DNA of 47,861 nucleotides from Candidatus Thalassarchaeaceae archaeon. Its GTDB lineage: Archaea > Thermoplasmatota > Poseidoniia > Poseidoniales > Thalassarchaeaceae. The DNA is taken from positions 1 to 47,861 of the forward strand of contig JAQXEV010000053.1 in NCBI GenBank assembly GCA_029250665.1, written 5' to 3'. The first letter of the stretch is position 1; each line of letters opens with the position of its first letter. The translations under genes and the position numbers were made by a program. Below are positions 18,383 to 28,747 of this stretch, in pieces. The notes beneath the pieces are model-generated. The model was not told the origin of the DNA, did no database searches, and was given only the letters and a program-made list of their open reading frames with translations.

Positions 18383-19388
18383 TACCAGATTCACTGAGCC
18401 AGGTCTTCATCGTGCAAGATTGACAAACCGGGCGACTGGTAATTTCCCCACACTCCTGGCAATTTTTGACTGCGCTGGGCAGATCCCCACGCGCCTCGCG
18501 GTGTAATTCACGAATCTGCTCGAGGGCGTGTAATAGTCCATGCCGCGCGCCGGGGCTTTGAGCCTCAAGCGCGGCCACAATCGCACGGCTCTGCTGTCGC
18601 ATCGCACCCGGAGCGTGCGGACAATCTCCATGGTGGATTGGCATACCCTTGGCGAATGCATAGGCATGAATTTCCTGCTCCGGTATCCATCGAAGAGGAA
18701 CGATGCGTGGGGCAAGTCCTTCGATTGGTGTATCGGTGTGTGGAGCGAGACGAACACTTCGCTCAATCTCACCCTTCTGCAAATTCATCAAAATCGACTG
18801 CGCCATATCATCGAGGTTGTGACCGAGTGCCATGACGTCAGCATTGACTTTCTCAGCTAGAGCGTTGAGGCTTTGGCGTCGGAAAACACCACAATATGAA
18901 CACGGCATCAATCCCTTGGCCTCAGTGTGATTTCCGGCTATAACAGGCATCCTGCGGACTACCTCATCCATGCGCTCGTAACCCATTTCCTCGTAGGATA
19001 AGGTGACGAATTCGATGCCGAGTGACTCTGCGAGTTCTCGTGCGCACTCCAATGAGGGTGCACGGTAACCATCGATTCCTTCGTCGACGCAACCTGCGAC
19101 GATATGCACGTCTCGCCGCTTAGCGATGATGTTGACGAGCATATCGAGAAGGACTGCTGAATCCTTGCCGCCCGAGATACAAGCGAGGATGGTGAAAGGG
19201 CGACCATCTTCGTGTCGTGCGTCCTTAGGGAGAACCAATTGGGTACGCAAATCCTTCGATACGCGCTTGCGTATGGACTGTCCGAGGTGATAGGCACAGA
19301 AGTGTTGCCCGCTGTATTCCTGATGCAGGATTGCGGGCTTTCCACAGCGGCTGCAGCCTTGGATGCTGATGCCTTCTGCCATATCCAT
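18375..19388 (-). CDS. ttuA: PP-loop ATPase, TtuA/NcsA-type tRNA 2-thiolation protein
   Basis: N-terminal CSRCGK...CAYH zinc finger, PP-loop ACISGGKDSAVL, central CSYCGVFRR and C-terminal CQECGE...CQSC. Confidence 0.85.
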   Translation of the reverse strand: MDMAEGISIQGCSRCGKPAILHQEYSGQHFCAYHLGQSIRKRVSKDLRTQLVLPKDARHEDGRPFTILACISGGKDSAVLLDMLVNIIAKRRDVHIVAGCVDEGIDGYRAPSLECARELAESLGIEFVTLSYEEMGYERMDEVVRRMPVIAGNHTEAKGLMPCSYCGVFRRQSLNALAEKVNADVMALGHNLDDMAQSILMNLQKGEIERSVRLAPHTDTPIEGLAPRIVPLRWIPEQEIHAYAFAKGMPIHHGDCPHAPGAMRQQSRAIVAALEAQSPGARHGLLHALEQIRELHREARGDLPSAVKNCQECGEITSRPVCQSCTMKTWLSESGIN

Positions 19389-19488
19389 TCGGTAGACCTA
19401 TGCGGCTTGAACCCAACTGCAAGGGTGCGAGCATTATCCATCTACGCCAATCGGTGCATTGATGGACATAAAACGCTGCACACGGCCT

Positions 19489-19740
19489 ATGGCAGAGGTC
19501 CGCAATCTACCCAGCCGCGCCACCACGCCAGGCAAGCGCACCTCTCCTTGGAAGGAGCGGATTGTCCTCATCACCTGTCTCGTAGGAGCTTGGCAGATCA
19601 GCGATGAGGTCATCGTTGCCCTCGACCCTCACATCGGTTGGTGGGCCAAACCGGCCACTGTCATCGGCCTGAGCCTACTCGCACTCGTAGTGGCTAACCA
19701 ACTGATTCTATTCATCGAAAAATTGCAAGGAATCCGCTGA
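19489..19740 (+). CDS. hypothetical small membrane protein
   Basis: 83-aa frame from the ATG at 19489 with two hydrophobic segments (IVLITCLVGAW, VIGLSLLALVVANQLILFI). I recognise no homology. Confidence 0.35.
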   Translation: MAEVRNLPSRATTPGKRTSPWKERIVLITCLVGAWQISDEVIVALDPHIGWWAKPATVIGLSLLALVVANQLILFIEKLQGIR

Positions 19741-19773
19741 GTGAGTGGAATCATCCACCCTAACAAGGCACTC

Positions 19774-20991
19774 TCAAGACTCTGAGCGCGAGCCACGCAG
19801 GCTGGCAATACCTGCCTCTAGCAACCCACTGACACGCTGCCAAGGCACGACATAGCGCATTCCGGCGACTGCCAGCAGGAACAATCCAGCCGAGATGACC
19901 TTTCCGTAGGTCAATTGCAATTCGAGAGACTCAGCCACCTGACCACTCCATTGACCACCTTCCATCACGGCAACGATATCGAGCATGAGCCCATCGAATT
20001 CCAAGGCTAACGCGGTGGTCAGAGCTACACCACCAATGATTCCAATCGTGTGAAGTACGTGGCTGTTGATCACATTGGTGAATTGTCTGACATATTCGGG
20101 ATCGGACTTCGTTGCATCAGGCAGCATCACAGCGTATTCTAGATGCCCGATGACTGCATTCCCAGCTTCATGGAAAAGAAGCAGTAGAATCGCGATACCA
20201 AGAAGGTCGAGGGCAAGTGGCGAGATTATCCCACCGTAGAGAGTCGCCTCACCGATTTGAGCCGGCAAAGGTCTCAAGCCAATGCCAGAGACAGCATCGG
20301 TGATGCCCTCGAAAGTCAGTAAGGCATGAATTCCAATCACCATCAGGAAGAATCCAACCGACCAAGTCAGGGCTCGGCGAGAGAGACCCCAAATGCCGAT
20401 GAGACCGGCGAGGATTGGAGCGAAGACTACGCCAAGGAAGAATACCTCAACAAGCAATTGCATTGGTTGGAAAAGCGAACCAAGATGCTCATACGGAACA
20501 TGGAATCCATAACTAGAAATTGCGCTCAACCAAGCAATGATGAACGGAACAAGGGCCCACAGTGTAACGATCCCAATTACTCCTCGTCGAGCCCAAGAGC
20601 GGAAATTATCGTTGCGGGTTTGGTAGAATATCCATGCACCAGCAAGGACGAAACACATCGCCAAAGGAACCATTTGACTGGCGAATCCTATCGAATCCAC
20701 ACCCATCAAGAATCTAGGGATGATGAGACCATCCGAACCTGCGAGAATATTGGATTGGAAGGAGGGTTGGTCACTGGCCCACGTCAGACCTCTTGTGTGC
20801 TCATACGATGGACACCACTGGTTTCCATCCTCGAGGAAACCTTCGTCACACGGCCCGTAGACCTCCGTCATACGGACTAGTAGCATCATGAGGGCAGCGG
20901 TGGCGACAATCTGTAGGAAGAGAACTTGCCACCGTCGACGAAGACGCGGCAAGTGGAGTGTTTGACTCGGTGGTACGCTTTCCATTGCCAT
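19774..20991 (-). CDS. hypothetical polytopic membrane protein (~10 TM)
   Basis: 405-aa ORF preceded by a perfect GGAGGTGA ribosome-binding site. Last gene of the cdc48-to-DUF58 same-strand string. Confidence 0.75.
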   Translation of the reverse strand: MAMESVPPSQTLHLPRLRRRWQVLFLQIVATAALMMLLVRMTEVYGPCDEGFLEDGNQWCPSYEHTRGLTWASDQPSFQSNILAGSDGLIIPRFLMGVDSIGFASQMVPLAMCFVLAGAWIFYQTRNDNFRSWARRGVIGIVTLWALVPFIIAWLSAISSYGFHVPYEHLGSLFQPMQLLVEVFFLGVVFAPILAGLIGIWGLSRRALTWSVGFFLMVIGIHALLTFEGITDAVSGIGLRPLPAQIGEATLYGGIISPLALDLLGIAILLLLFHEAGNAVIGHLEYAVMLPDATKSDPEYVRQFTNVINSHVLHTIGIIGGVALTTALALEFDGLMLDIVAVMEGGQWSGQVAESLELQLTYGKVISAGLFLLAVAGMRYVVPWQRVSGLLEAGIASLRGSRSES

Positions 20992-20995
20992 TCTC

Positions 20996-21003
20996 TCACC
21001 TCC
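20996..21003 (-). promoter_or_regulatory. Shine-Dalgarno site GGAGGTGA
   Basis: The sense strand reads GGAGGTGA-GAGA-ATG. It is complementary to the conserved 3' end of archaeal 16S rRNA (..GAUCACCUCCU). Confidence 0.7.
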
Positions 21004-21027
21004 TTTTCTTATCGCTGATTATTGATT

Positions 21028-22281
21028 CTAGACTGTCTTCACCTGTAGGAGCGCCTGCGACAATTCGATGTCAGGCATCCAATCGATGACTTTGGCTCCA
21101 TAGCCAGAAATTGCTGTGAGGCGATTCTGGCGTTCGAGTTTGAGGACCTCGTAAGACATACGAGGGATGCGGCTGACGAGGCGCTCAAGGTCGATGCTAC
21201 TCGGAGAGAGGACAATGACCTCGTGACCTTTGCCTGCAAGGTTGCGGATTGCAGGTAGTGTGGTTCCGTCTCCCTCGAGGCTGCTGATGATGAATACCGG
21301 CGAGCCTCGGCTGATACGAGAGGTCATCGCATTGGTGACCGCTTGCAGTGGCATACTGCCCTTCGCCTTGACTCCAGCAAGCATACTGAGGGTCTTGTAG
21401 TACTGTTTGTCGCCAGTCTCGGGTGGTAGGTAATTCATCCTATCACCGAATGTAACGATCGATACAGAGTCTCGGCGTCGGATGAAATAATTCGCAATCG
21501 ACGCCGCAGCAACCGTGCCCATTTCAAGCGGATTTTTCAGCACGGTTCCAATACGCGCAATGTCGCGTGTATCGAGAATAATGAAGACGTCCGTGACAGC
21601 GTCACGAGTCTTCTCGTTGACCATCAGCTCACCGGTGCGGGCGAAGGCCTTCCAGTTGATCATGCGGAAAGCATCGCCCGGAAGATACTCACGCAGAGAG
21701 TAGAATTCCATTCCTTGCCCAGGAGTTTTGAGCGTGGTTGCACCGGTGTACATCTTAGGAACATTCGAGCGAAGAAGAGCCTCCTCTACCTCACGAACCT
21801 GAGGGAAGACAGTGATGTCAGTGCGGTCCTTGACACGGGATTCGTTGGTGAAGAGATTGAACGCGTTTCGGTGACGGACCGAGACAGGACCAATCGTGTA
21901 ATGCCCGCGAAGCGGGCAACGGACCGTGTATCGCATCGTTGCCGATTGACCCGGGCCGAGATTCATTCGCATCTGGTTGATGCCGCGACGCATTTTCATT
22001 TCGTGCGGCACATTGTCGAACACCTCGAGTAATTGTGTTCGACGATACGAGTTGTTCGTGACACTGACCTCGATAAGTACATCGTCACCTTTGTACACAT
22101 TTTGAGCAGAAATGTTGCGTGTGACCTCGAGGTCCGAGTGTCCTGTGACCCAGCCATTGATGACCAAGAAGGCAACGAAAGTGAGACCGATGATCATCAA
22201 TTGGAAGTGAGAAATCATCATTCCGATGAGAATCAACGAGATGCCACTCGTTAGCATAATCGCGGCCTTGCGTGTCCACAT
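21028..22281 (-). CDS. DUF58 domain protein (vWA-like; usual partner of MoxR ATPases)
   Basis: Two N-terminal TM helices, then FYSLREYLPGDAFRMINWKAFARTGELMVNE, the DUF58 signature (REY.PGD...I.WK..AR). The start overlaps the upstream stop (TAATG). Confidence 0.85.
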   Translation of the reverse strand: MWTRKAAIMLTSGISLILIGMMISHFQLMIIGLTFVAFLVINGWVTGHSDLEVTRNISAQNVYKGDDVLIEVSVTNNSYRRTQLLEVFDNVPHEMKMRRGINQMRMNLGPGQSATMRYTVRCPLRGHYTIGPVSVRHRNAFNLFTNESRVKDRTDITVFPQVREVEEALLRSNVPKMYTGATTLKTPGQGMEFYSLREYLPGDAFRMINWKAFARTGELMVNEKTRDAVTDVFIILDTRDIARIGTVLKNPLEMGTVAAASIANYFIRRRDSVSIVTFGDRMNYLPPETGDKQYYKTLSMLAGVKAKGSMPLQAVTNAMTSRISRGSPVFIISSLEGDGTTLPAIRNLAGKGHEVIVLSPSSIDLERLVSRIPRMSYEVLKLERQNRLTAISGYGAKVIDWMPDIELSQALLQVKTV

Positions 22282-23924
22282 TAGGCATCACTCTCCTCGT
22301 TGGTCTGACCCCAGGCCTTGATTCGCTTGATGATTCCAACAAGTTCGTCAGGCTTGTAACGCCGGTCTTCGAAGATGAATTGCACGAGGACGGGGTCCTC
22401 GACCATGCGTTGGAGTTCAATGGCGGGTAAGGCATCGAACTCCTCGCGCGACAACGTGTTGAGATTGCGCACCCTGCTCAATAACACCTGTCTAATCTTC
22501 GCCGGGCGCTGGTAGTATTCGTAGCGTCGCGCGTCTCCAAATCCATAGTAGATGATGCGGAAGACGTGGCGCCAGTCCTCTGGATCGTCCTTGCGGATGA
22601 GGACTGCCTCAAGCACAATGAATAGAGTCAGGAACAGAATGAGCATCGCCATCCAATCGTTAGTGAAGTAGACGAGAACGTAGTACAGCAGGTTGTATGT
22701 GTCTCCCATCGGAGTCTCCTGCTGGTGGCGGGATTCGTCGAAGATGATGATCGCCTCTTCTCCGGCGTTGGTGCTTGTGTTGCCAAGGAGGAGAGCTTCG
22801 GCAATGATGTCGAGCGCCCACTTGCGGTTATCGTTAGTCGGCACTGAATCCTCGTAAATGCTGGACGGACCCGCTTCGTAAAGCGAGTTGATGAGTAGGG
22901 AACCATCACTGAGGAAGTGAACTCTTCCCGATGTTGCATCGAGACACATTCTGTCAACACAGTATCGCACATATACGGCGAACGGACCTTGCTCGTCGCC
23001 AGCGATTCCGGCCGCTTCGAAGCCGACGGTGAGATTCCCATCATCATTCGTATCTAGGTATGAATCGAGAGTGCTGGCGCTGATTGCGTAGCGATTCTCG
23101 GCCGGATTGAAAGCGCCATCTTTCTCGAAGGCGGAGGGCGAATTGGTCAGTAAATTGTAATTCTCAGAGAAATCCCACTCGCCGGATTCTTCATCCCAAC
23201 GATGGGCGCATAGGCCGACATTTTGTGCAGTGATGACTCCACCAACATTCGGATTATACGGCTCATCATCGAGAAGGTCGATGATGCCGTCCATGTCTAA
23301 ATCACGCAAGCACGGATGCATTGCCATCGCAACCGATCCGGATGTTGAAGTGAAATTGTAAGCGGAAGTCTCGTTGACCCAGACGAAATTGAAGTCGAGT
23401 TCACGGGCCCAGGCCTCGCCGTCGTAGAGGTGATGACCTGAGTAGCTGAGTCCGTATTCATCTGCGAGGCCTGCGGAATAACCGAAGTCATCCATCAGCA
23501 TGAGAGTACCTCCTGAATCAACGAAATCCTCGATAGCCTTGATTTCTGAACTCGTGTAACCGTCGGCTTCTCGGAAGTCGACGATGGTTTCATCTCCCGT
23601 GAACTTCGGAAGCGATATGGTATCGCGTTCTACTCCAGAGATAACGAAAATTGATTGCTCGGGGTTATCGATCTCCGCGAGCAATAGCGGACTCGAAATA
23701 AGAGCCGTTGTCTCGACTCCGAGATTGGAAACTTCTTCGCGGAATCCACTGAGATCGTTCCAATCATCACCGTAAGCAGATTGCTGCTTCTCCCCACTAA
23801 TGATGTATGTCTGGAGTATTGAAAATAGCAGGATTCCGAGCATCAACCAGAAGGCTGTAGTGACGGCGAGACGTCGAGACTGCCTCGACCTGAGCCGTCT
23901 CATCCAAACTCCAGAATCCGCCAT
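22281..23924 (-). CDS. DUF4350-like membrane-anchored protein
   Basis: N-terminal TM, then FVISGVERD...IKAIEDFVDSGGTLMLMDDFGY, reminiscent of DUF4350. An acidic D-x-D-x-DG stretch (DLDMDGIIDLLDDEP) and a C-terminal TM are present. The ORF is open to a GTG at 23990; the ATG at 23924 has GGTGG upstream. Confidence 0.65.
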   Translation of the reverse strand: MADSGVWMRRLRSRQSRRLAVTTAFWLMLGILLFSILQTYIISGEKQQSAYGDDWNDLSGFREEVSNLGVETTALISSPLLLAEIDNPEQSIFVISGVERDTISLPKFTGDETIVDFREADGYTSSEIKAIEDFVDSGGTLMLMDDFGYSAGLADEYGLSYSGHHLYDGEAWARELDFNFVWVNETSAYNFTSTSGSVAMAMHPCLRDLDMDGIIDLLDDEPYNPNVGGVITAQNVGLCAHRWDEESGEWDFSENYNLLTNSPSAFEKDGAFNPAENRYAISASTLDSYLDTNDDGNLTVGFEAAGIAGDEQGPFAVYVRYCVDRMCLDATSGRVHFLSDGSLLINSLYEAGPSSIYEDSVPTNDNRKWALDIIAEALLLGNTSTNAGEEAIIIFDESRHQQETPMGDTYNLLYYVLVYFTNDWMAMLILFLTLFIVLEAVLIRKDDPEDWRHVFRIIYYGFGDARRYEYYQRPAKIRQVLLSRVRNLNTLSREEFDALPAIELQRMVEDPVLVQFIFEDRRYKPDELVGIIKRIKAWGQTNEESDA

Positions 23925-24013
23925 GCTGCAAGCCACCGTTCCTACGGAACGTCTCACGAGCCTCAACTTCGACTTAAGACCGTTATTCACCGCTGAACGG
24001 TGCTTGCATCGAC

Positions 24014-24256
24014 TCAGCGAGAGAGTTGGATGTTCACTCCGACCTCAGCTATCTCCTCGATGGGCACCGATAAGAGCCCCTCAATGGTCGGCCACGGCAG
24101 CATCGCTGGGTCGAGATCTGCCTCCAAAGCGACGAGCAGAGCAGTGATGCTGCCAGTCGCCATATCAATTCTGAAATCGGCGAGAACACCGAGTTTGTCG
24201 GCGGCTTGATCGACGACGTCGCGCCCGAGAATTTCCCGGCCGAATGTCGTCGGCAT
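24014..24256 (-). CDS. PRC-barrel domain protein (80 aa)
   Basis: GREILGRDVVDQAADKLGVLADFRIDMATGSITALLV is the typical PRC-barrel core. GAGGTGA lies 5 nt upstream of the ATG. The gap after the cdc48 stop is only 9 nt. Confidence 0.8.
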   Translation of the reverse strand: MPTTFGREILGRDVVDQAADKLGVLADFRIDMATGSITALLVALEADLDPAMLPWPTIEGLLSVPIEEIAEVGVNIQLSR

Positions 24257-24265
24257 TTCTTCACC

Positions 24266-26491
24266 TCAAACCGCTTCGATGCCAGTGAGCGTGTTGTGTC
24301 GGCGGCGAACCGACTCGAGGCCACTGGTGAGCATGCCTTCCATGCGGCCGTAATACTCCATCATCTCATCGGTGATGGTAGGGCGCACACGAGCGATAGC
24401 TTCCTCGAAGGCTTTCTTCGAGACCGACTTACGACCCGCACGCATAGCGATGAGCGCGGCTTCTCGGCAAACTGACTCAATATCCGCGCCGGTGAAATTG
24501 TCCATTTGTGGCGCGAGGTCATCGAGAGAGAACTTGCCCAAAGGCATGTCCTTGGTGTGAATTTTGAGAATCGCCTTGCGCGAGTCAGCATCCGGTGGGG
24601 GAATGTGCAGAACACGCTCGAAGCGGCCGCTGCGAAGAAGTGCTGGGTCAATCATCTCGGGACGATTGGTTGCTGCTACGACAATTACGCCCTCCATCGA
24701 TTCAACTCCGTCCATGCTTGAGAGCAACTGATTGACGACGCGATTCATCACATCCGAGCCCTCGCCCGACATCGTGCGGCGAACTCCAGCGATGCTCTCA
24801 AATTCATCGAGGAAGATGATTGACGGGCTCGATTGCTTAGCCTTCTTGAATACTTCACGCACTGCGCGCTCGGATTCTCCGACCCATTTCGAGACCATTT
24901 CAGGCCCCTTAATCGAGATGAAATTCGCCTTGGCTTCGTTAGCGATGGCCTTAGCAATCAATGTCTTACCAGTCCCCGGTGCCCCGAATAGCACTATGCC
25001 ACGCGGAGGTTTAATTCCGAAATGATCGAACATCTCAGGCTGGGTTAGCGGCCATTCGATGCTTTCCTTGAGCCGCTCTTTGACCTCTTCAAGACCGCCG
25101 ACTTCTTCCCAAGAGACCTCAGGAACCTCGACATAGATCTCGCGTAGAGCACTCGGCTCAATCTCCTTGATGGCTTCGCGGAAATCAATCATCTTGACCT
25201 CCATCTTTTCGAGTACCTCAGCAGGAATCTGCTCCTCGTCGAGGTCGATTTCCGGTAAATATCGGCGCAGAGCCTTCATCGCTGCCTCGCGCACGAGTGC
25301 GGAAATATCTGCACCGACGAATCCGTAGGAATTGTCGAGCAGCCAATCCATATCGAAATCATCACTGATTGGCATGCCGCGAGTGTGGATATTGAGGATC
25401 TCCTCGCGGCCATTCTTGTCTGGAACTCCGATTTCCAACTCGCGGTCGAAACGACCTGGACGCCTCAGCGCCGGGTCGATGGCATCACGGCGATTGGTCG
25501 CTCCGATGACAACGACGTTGTCGCGACCCTGCATTCCATCGAGCAAAGTCAGTAATTGGGCGACGACGCGTCTTTCGACCTCACCCGATACATCCTCGCG
25601 CTTGGGCGCAATAGAATCGAGTTCATCGATGAAGATGATTGCAGGCGCATTCGCAGTCGCTTCGTCGAAAATTTCACGCAATTGCTTTTCGCTCTCGCCG
25701 TAATACTTGGAAATAATCTCTGGCCCATTAATCGAGGTGAAGTGAGCCTGAGTCTCAGATGCGACCGCCTTGGCGATGAGTGTCTTTCCAGTACCTGGAG
25801 GGCCGTGTAATAGGACACCACGAGGTGGGTCGATACCGAGTCTGCGGAATAGGACCGGGTGCTTCAGTGGAAGCTCAATCATCTCGCGAACCTTTTGCAA
25901 TTGTTCGCCGATTCCTCCGATGTCCTCGTAGGTGATGCTTGAGACCTCAGCATCTTCGTCCTCGTCAACCGCTTCCTCCTTGATGATGATCTCAGTATCG
26001 GGCAGAACCTGGACAATTCCCTTTGGACTCGTCTGCACAATCTGGAATGGAAGAGCCTCTGCGAAGAGAGTCATGCCCGGGATGAAAATTCGATCTCCAG
26101 CAGCGACGGGTCTCTTGTTGAGGCCACGTCGGGCGAAGCCCTCGATTCCGGGGCCGAAACGAACCTTTTGCTGCTTGGCCATTACAGGACTGAGCACGAG
26201 GCGCGTGCAGGCCTGTGCCTCGACCTTACGAACTGTGACGCGATCGCCAAGGGATACGCTCGCATTCTTACGGATAATTCCGTCAATACGAATCACGCCA
26301 AGGTTCGCGTCCTCAGGACGACATCGCCAGACGATTGCCGCAGTGGACCGCTCGCCTTCAATCTCAATGATATCTCCTGGTTTGAGATTCAATTCATTGT
26401 CGAAGGGCACTCGGGCTCTTCCGTGACCGACATCACTCGGGATGGCCTTCGCCACCCTGAGCTTCAATTCCTTATCCGATTCGTCTGCCAT
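24266..26491 (-). CDS. cdc48: Cdc48/VCP-type AAA+ ATPase (two AAA domains)
   Basis: N-domain [18 protein letters not shown]. Walker A motifs GPPGTGKT and GAPGTGKT; Walker B motifs IIFIDELD and IIFLDEFE. 741 aa. Confidence 0.97.
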   Translation of the reverse strand: MADESDKELKLRVAKAIPSDVGHGRARVPFDNELNLKPGDIIEIEGERSTAAIVWRCRPEDANLGVIRIDGIIRKNASVSLGDRVTVRKVEAQACTRLVLSPVMAKQQKVRFGPGIEGFARRGLNKRPVAAGDRIFIPGMTLFAEALPFQIVQTSPKGIVQVLPDTEIIIKEEAVDEDEDAEVSSITYEDIGGIGEQLQKVREMIELPLKHPVLFRRLGIDPPRGVLLHGPPGTGKTLIAKAVASETQAHFTSINGPEIISKYYGESEKQLREIFDEATANAPAIIFIDELDSIAPKREDVSGEVERRVVAQLLTLLDGMQGRDNVVVIGATNRRDAIDPALRRPGRFDRELEIGVPDKNGREEILNIHTRGMPISDDFDMDWLLDNSYGFVGADISALVREAAMKALRRYLPEIDLDEEQIPAEVLEKMEVKMIDFREAIKEIEPSALREIYVEVPEVSWEEVGGLEEVKERLKESIEWPLTQPEMFDHFGIKPPRGIVLFGAPGTGKTLIAKAIANEAKANFISIKGPEMVSKWVGESERAVREVFKKAKQSSPSIIFLDEFESIAGVRRTMSGEGSDVMNRVVNQLLSSMDGVESMEGVIVVAATNRPEMIDPALLRSGRFERVLHIPPPDADSRKAILKIHTKDMPLGKFSLDDLAPQMDNFTGADIESVCREAALIAMRAGRKSVSKKAFEEAIARVRPTITDEMMEYYGRMEGMLTSGLESVRRRHNTLTGIEAV

Positions 26492-26697
26492 ATCGGGCCT
26501 CCTTGCAACCTCTTGTCAACATCGGGGGTTGTTAAACCCACCAATCACACCGTGTCGAATCGACCAATCTGGTTATCAGAATAGCCGTATGCGACCCCGC
26601 GTAAGCACGACTCGGACAAAACGTCGTCATATTCGCACCAACCAACTCTCACTCCCTATGCGGTGAGTTCATCAGAGGTTTGCGATTCGCGCGCAAT

Positions 26698-28326
26698 ATG
26701 ACTCACGTTCTCGAGACCGGTTTCGAAGAGATGGAAGCGAATAACCCGAACGGATCACCCTCCGTGCGCGGATACAATATCATCAACGGAGAACTTACTC
26801 TCGCCAGTGACGGTGCTACCTTCACCAGCCACAACCCAGCATGGCTCGACGACTGCCTCGGCGAATTTCCACTCTCGACAAAATCTGATGTTCACGACGC
26901 GCTCGCAGCCGCTCGCGCAGCCTTCCCTGGCTGGGCAGCGACTCCAGCACCGACCCGTGGCCAAGTGATTGGCAACATGGGTCGACTCCTGATGGAACAC
27001 AAGGACGACATTGTACGGCTACAAGCACGTGAAATTGGTAAGACTCTGAAAGAGTGCGGTGGCGAAGTCCAAGAAGCGATTGACACCTGCCTATTCTTCC
27101 AATCCGAAGGCCGTCGACTCTACGGACAGACAGTCAATTCTGAACTACCGGACAAGGAACTCTTCACCTACCGCCGTCCACTCGGCGTATGCGGAATCAT
27201 CAACGCCTGCAATTTCCCATCAGCAGTTCCATTCTGGAAGATGATCCCAGCAATCATGTGCGGCAATACCTGCGTGTGGAAGTCACCACAAGACGCTCCA
27301 CTCCTATCATTCGCCCTGACCCGACTAATGCACGAGGCTGGACTCCCAGACGGCGTCATCAACCTCATCCACGGTAAGGGCAGCGGCGCAGGCCAGCACC
27401 TCGTCGATGCGGTCGACCTCGGTATGATCAACAAGATCTCATTCACCGGCAGCACCGCTGTCGGCAAGATGATTGGTGAGATTTGCGGGCGTAACTTAGT
27501 CAGCGCCTCACTCGAACTCGGCGGCAAGAACCCGCTCGTCATCATGCCATCCGCAAATCTCGAAAACGCAGTAGAGGGAGCCTATTGGGCCGGCTTCGGA
27601 ACAGCCGGACAGCGCTGCACGAGCCTTGGTAATCTCATCATTCACGAGGATATCTATGACGAATTCGTTGAGCGCCTGATGACCAAGGTGAAGACGACAG
27701 CGGTCGGAGACTCAATGCGTCATGATGGAGTCCTCTATGGATCCATGCTGTCGGAAAAATACTCGACTGATTTCCTCAAGGGAATCGAAATGTGCGATGC
27801 CAGCGGAGCCACGAAACTTTGGGGCAAAGGGCGCATTACCAACGACAACAAGCCTGAGAACTTCCAAGGCGATGCTAGTGAGGGCGTATACATGTGGCCT
27901 CACGTATATGCTGATGTCACCGAGGACATGGATTGCTTCCAAGAGGAGATTTTCGGGCCGGTCGTCACAATCGTCAAGGCCAGCGATTTCGAACACGCAC
28001 TTCACCTCGCAAACGCAAGTCCGTATGGTCTATCATCGGCGATTTACACCAACGATCGCCTCGAGGCTTACCGATACAAGACTGGAATCAAGGCTGGGAT
28101 GACCGGCATCAACAACTCAACCACTGGAGCCGAGGCACACCTGCCATTCGGTGGAGTGAAGGGTAGCGGGAACGGCACGCGCGAGTCTGGAATCTGGGTC
28201 ATTGAGGCTTATTCATACTGGCACGCAGTTAACGACGAGCTCTCTGGAAAGTTGCAATTAGCTCAGATGGACGTCGAAGAAATCGAGCTCGAAGAAGCCG
28301 ATGCCGACTACGCCGGCCTTGCTTGA
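26698..28326 (+). CDS. NAD(P)-dependent aldehyde dehydrogenase
   Basis: ELGGKNPLVI and the catalytic Cys in GQRCTSLGN, plus EEIFGPV. The ORF is open from a TTG at 26680; the ATG at 26698 is preferred. There is an acidic C-terminal extension (DVEEIELEEADADYAGLA). Confidence 0.9.
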   Translation: MTHVLETGFEEMEANNPNGSPSVRGYNIINGELTLASDGATFTSHNPAWLDDCLGEFPLSTKSDVHDALAAARAAFPGWAATPAPTRGQVIGNMGRLLMEHKDDIVRLQAREIGKTLKECGGEVQEAIDTCLFFQSEGRRLYGQTVNSELPDKELFTYRRPLGVCGIINACNFPSAVPFWKMIPAIMCGNTCVWKSPQDAPLLSFALTRLMHEAGLPDGVINLIHGKGSGAGQHLVDAVDLGMINKISFTGSTAVGKMIGEICGRNLVSASLELGGKNPLVIMPSANLENAVEGAYWAGFGTAGQRCTSLGNLIIHEDIYDEFVERLMTKVKTTAVGDSMRHDGVLYGSMLSEKYSTDFLKGIEMCDASGATKLWGKGRITNDNKPENFQGDASEGVYMWPHVYADVTEDMDCFQEEIFGPVVTIVKASDFEHALHLANASPYGLSSAIYTNDRLEAYRYKTGIKAGMTGINNSTTGAEAHLPFGGVKGSGNGTRESGIWVIEAYSYWHAVNDELSGKLQLAQMDVEEIELEEADADYAGLA

Positions 28327-28335
28327 ATTACTTGC

Positions 28336-28746
28336 TTATTCGTCATCTAAGTGAAGATATCCAGACAAGAGAAGACCAGCCGCCATTATCATAGGTGGCG
28401 CCCAATTACCAGGATTCTCCGTGAAGCCATAATCCAAATCACCAACTGCAAGGAACACTAGTATGAAAGTGAGGATATTGCCTCCTCCAATCGTCATTGC
28501 AAGAATTGCCTGGGATCTCCCCTCAACAAATTGGCCAGAAACAATTGAAATAATGGCGATGGTGAGGAAGGTAGCAGCCCAAGCTTTCTCGTAGAAAGCG
28601 TCGTTAACGGTGTGATTAGCACCCCATCCAGTTTCCGCTGCGTCAAATGGCCCAATCTCAGCGTAAGTCAACAGCATAAAGAGTGTGAATAAGGCACCCA
28701 CACCTGTCAACCACCACTTTGGTTGGAATATTGTCTTCAGATCCAT
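28336..28746 (-). CDS. hypothetical 4-TM membrane protein (136 aa)
   Basis: The ATG at 28746 lies 1 nt after the upstream stop and is preceded by GGAGAGTGAGTGA. The protein is hydrophobic throughout. Confidence 0.65.
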   Translation of the reverse strand: MDLKTIFQPKWWLTGVGALFTLFMLLTYAEIGPFDAAETGWGANHTVNDAFYEKAWAATFLTIAIISIVSGQFVEGRSQAILAMTIGGGNILTFILVFLAVGDLDYGFTENPGNWAPPMIMAAGLLLSGYLHLDDE

Positions 28747-28747
28747 T

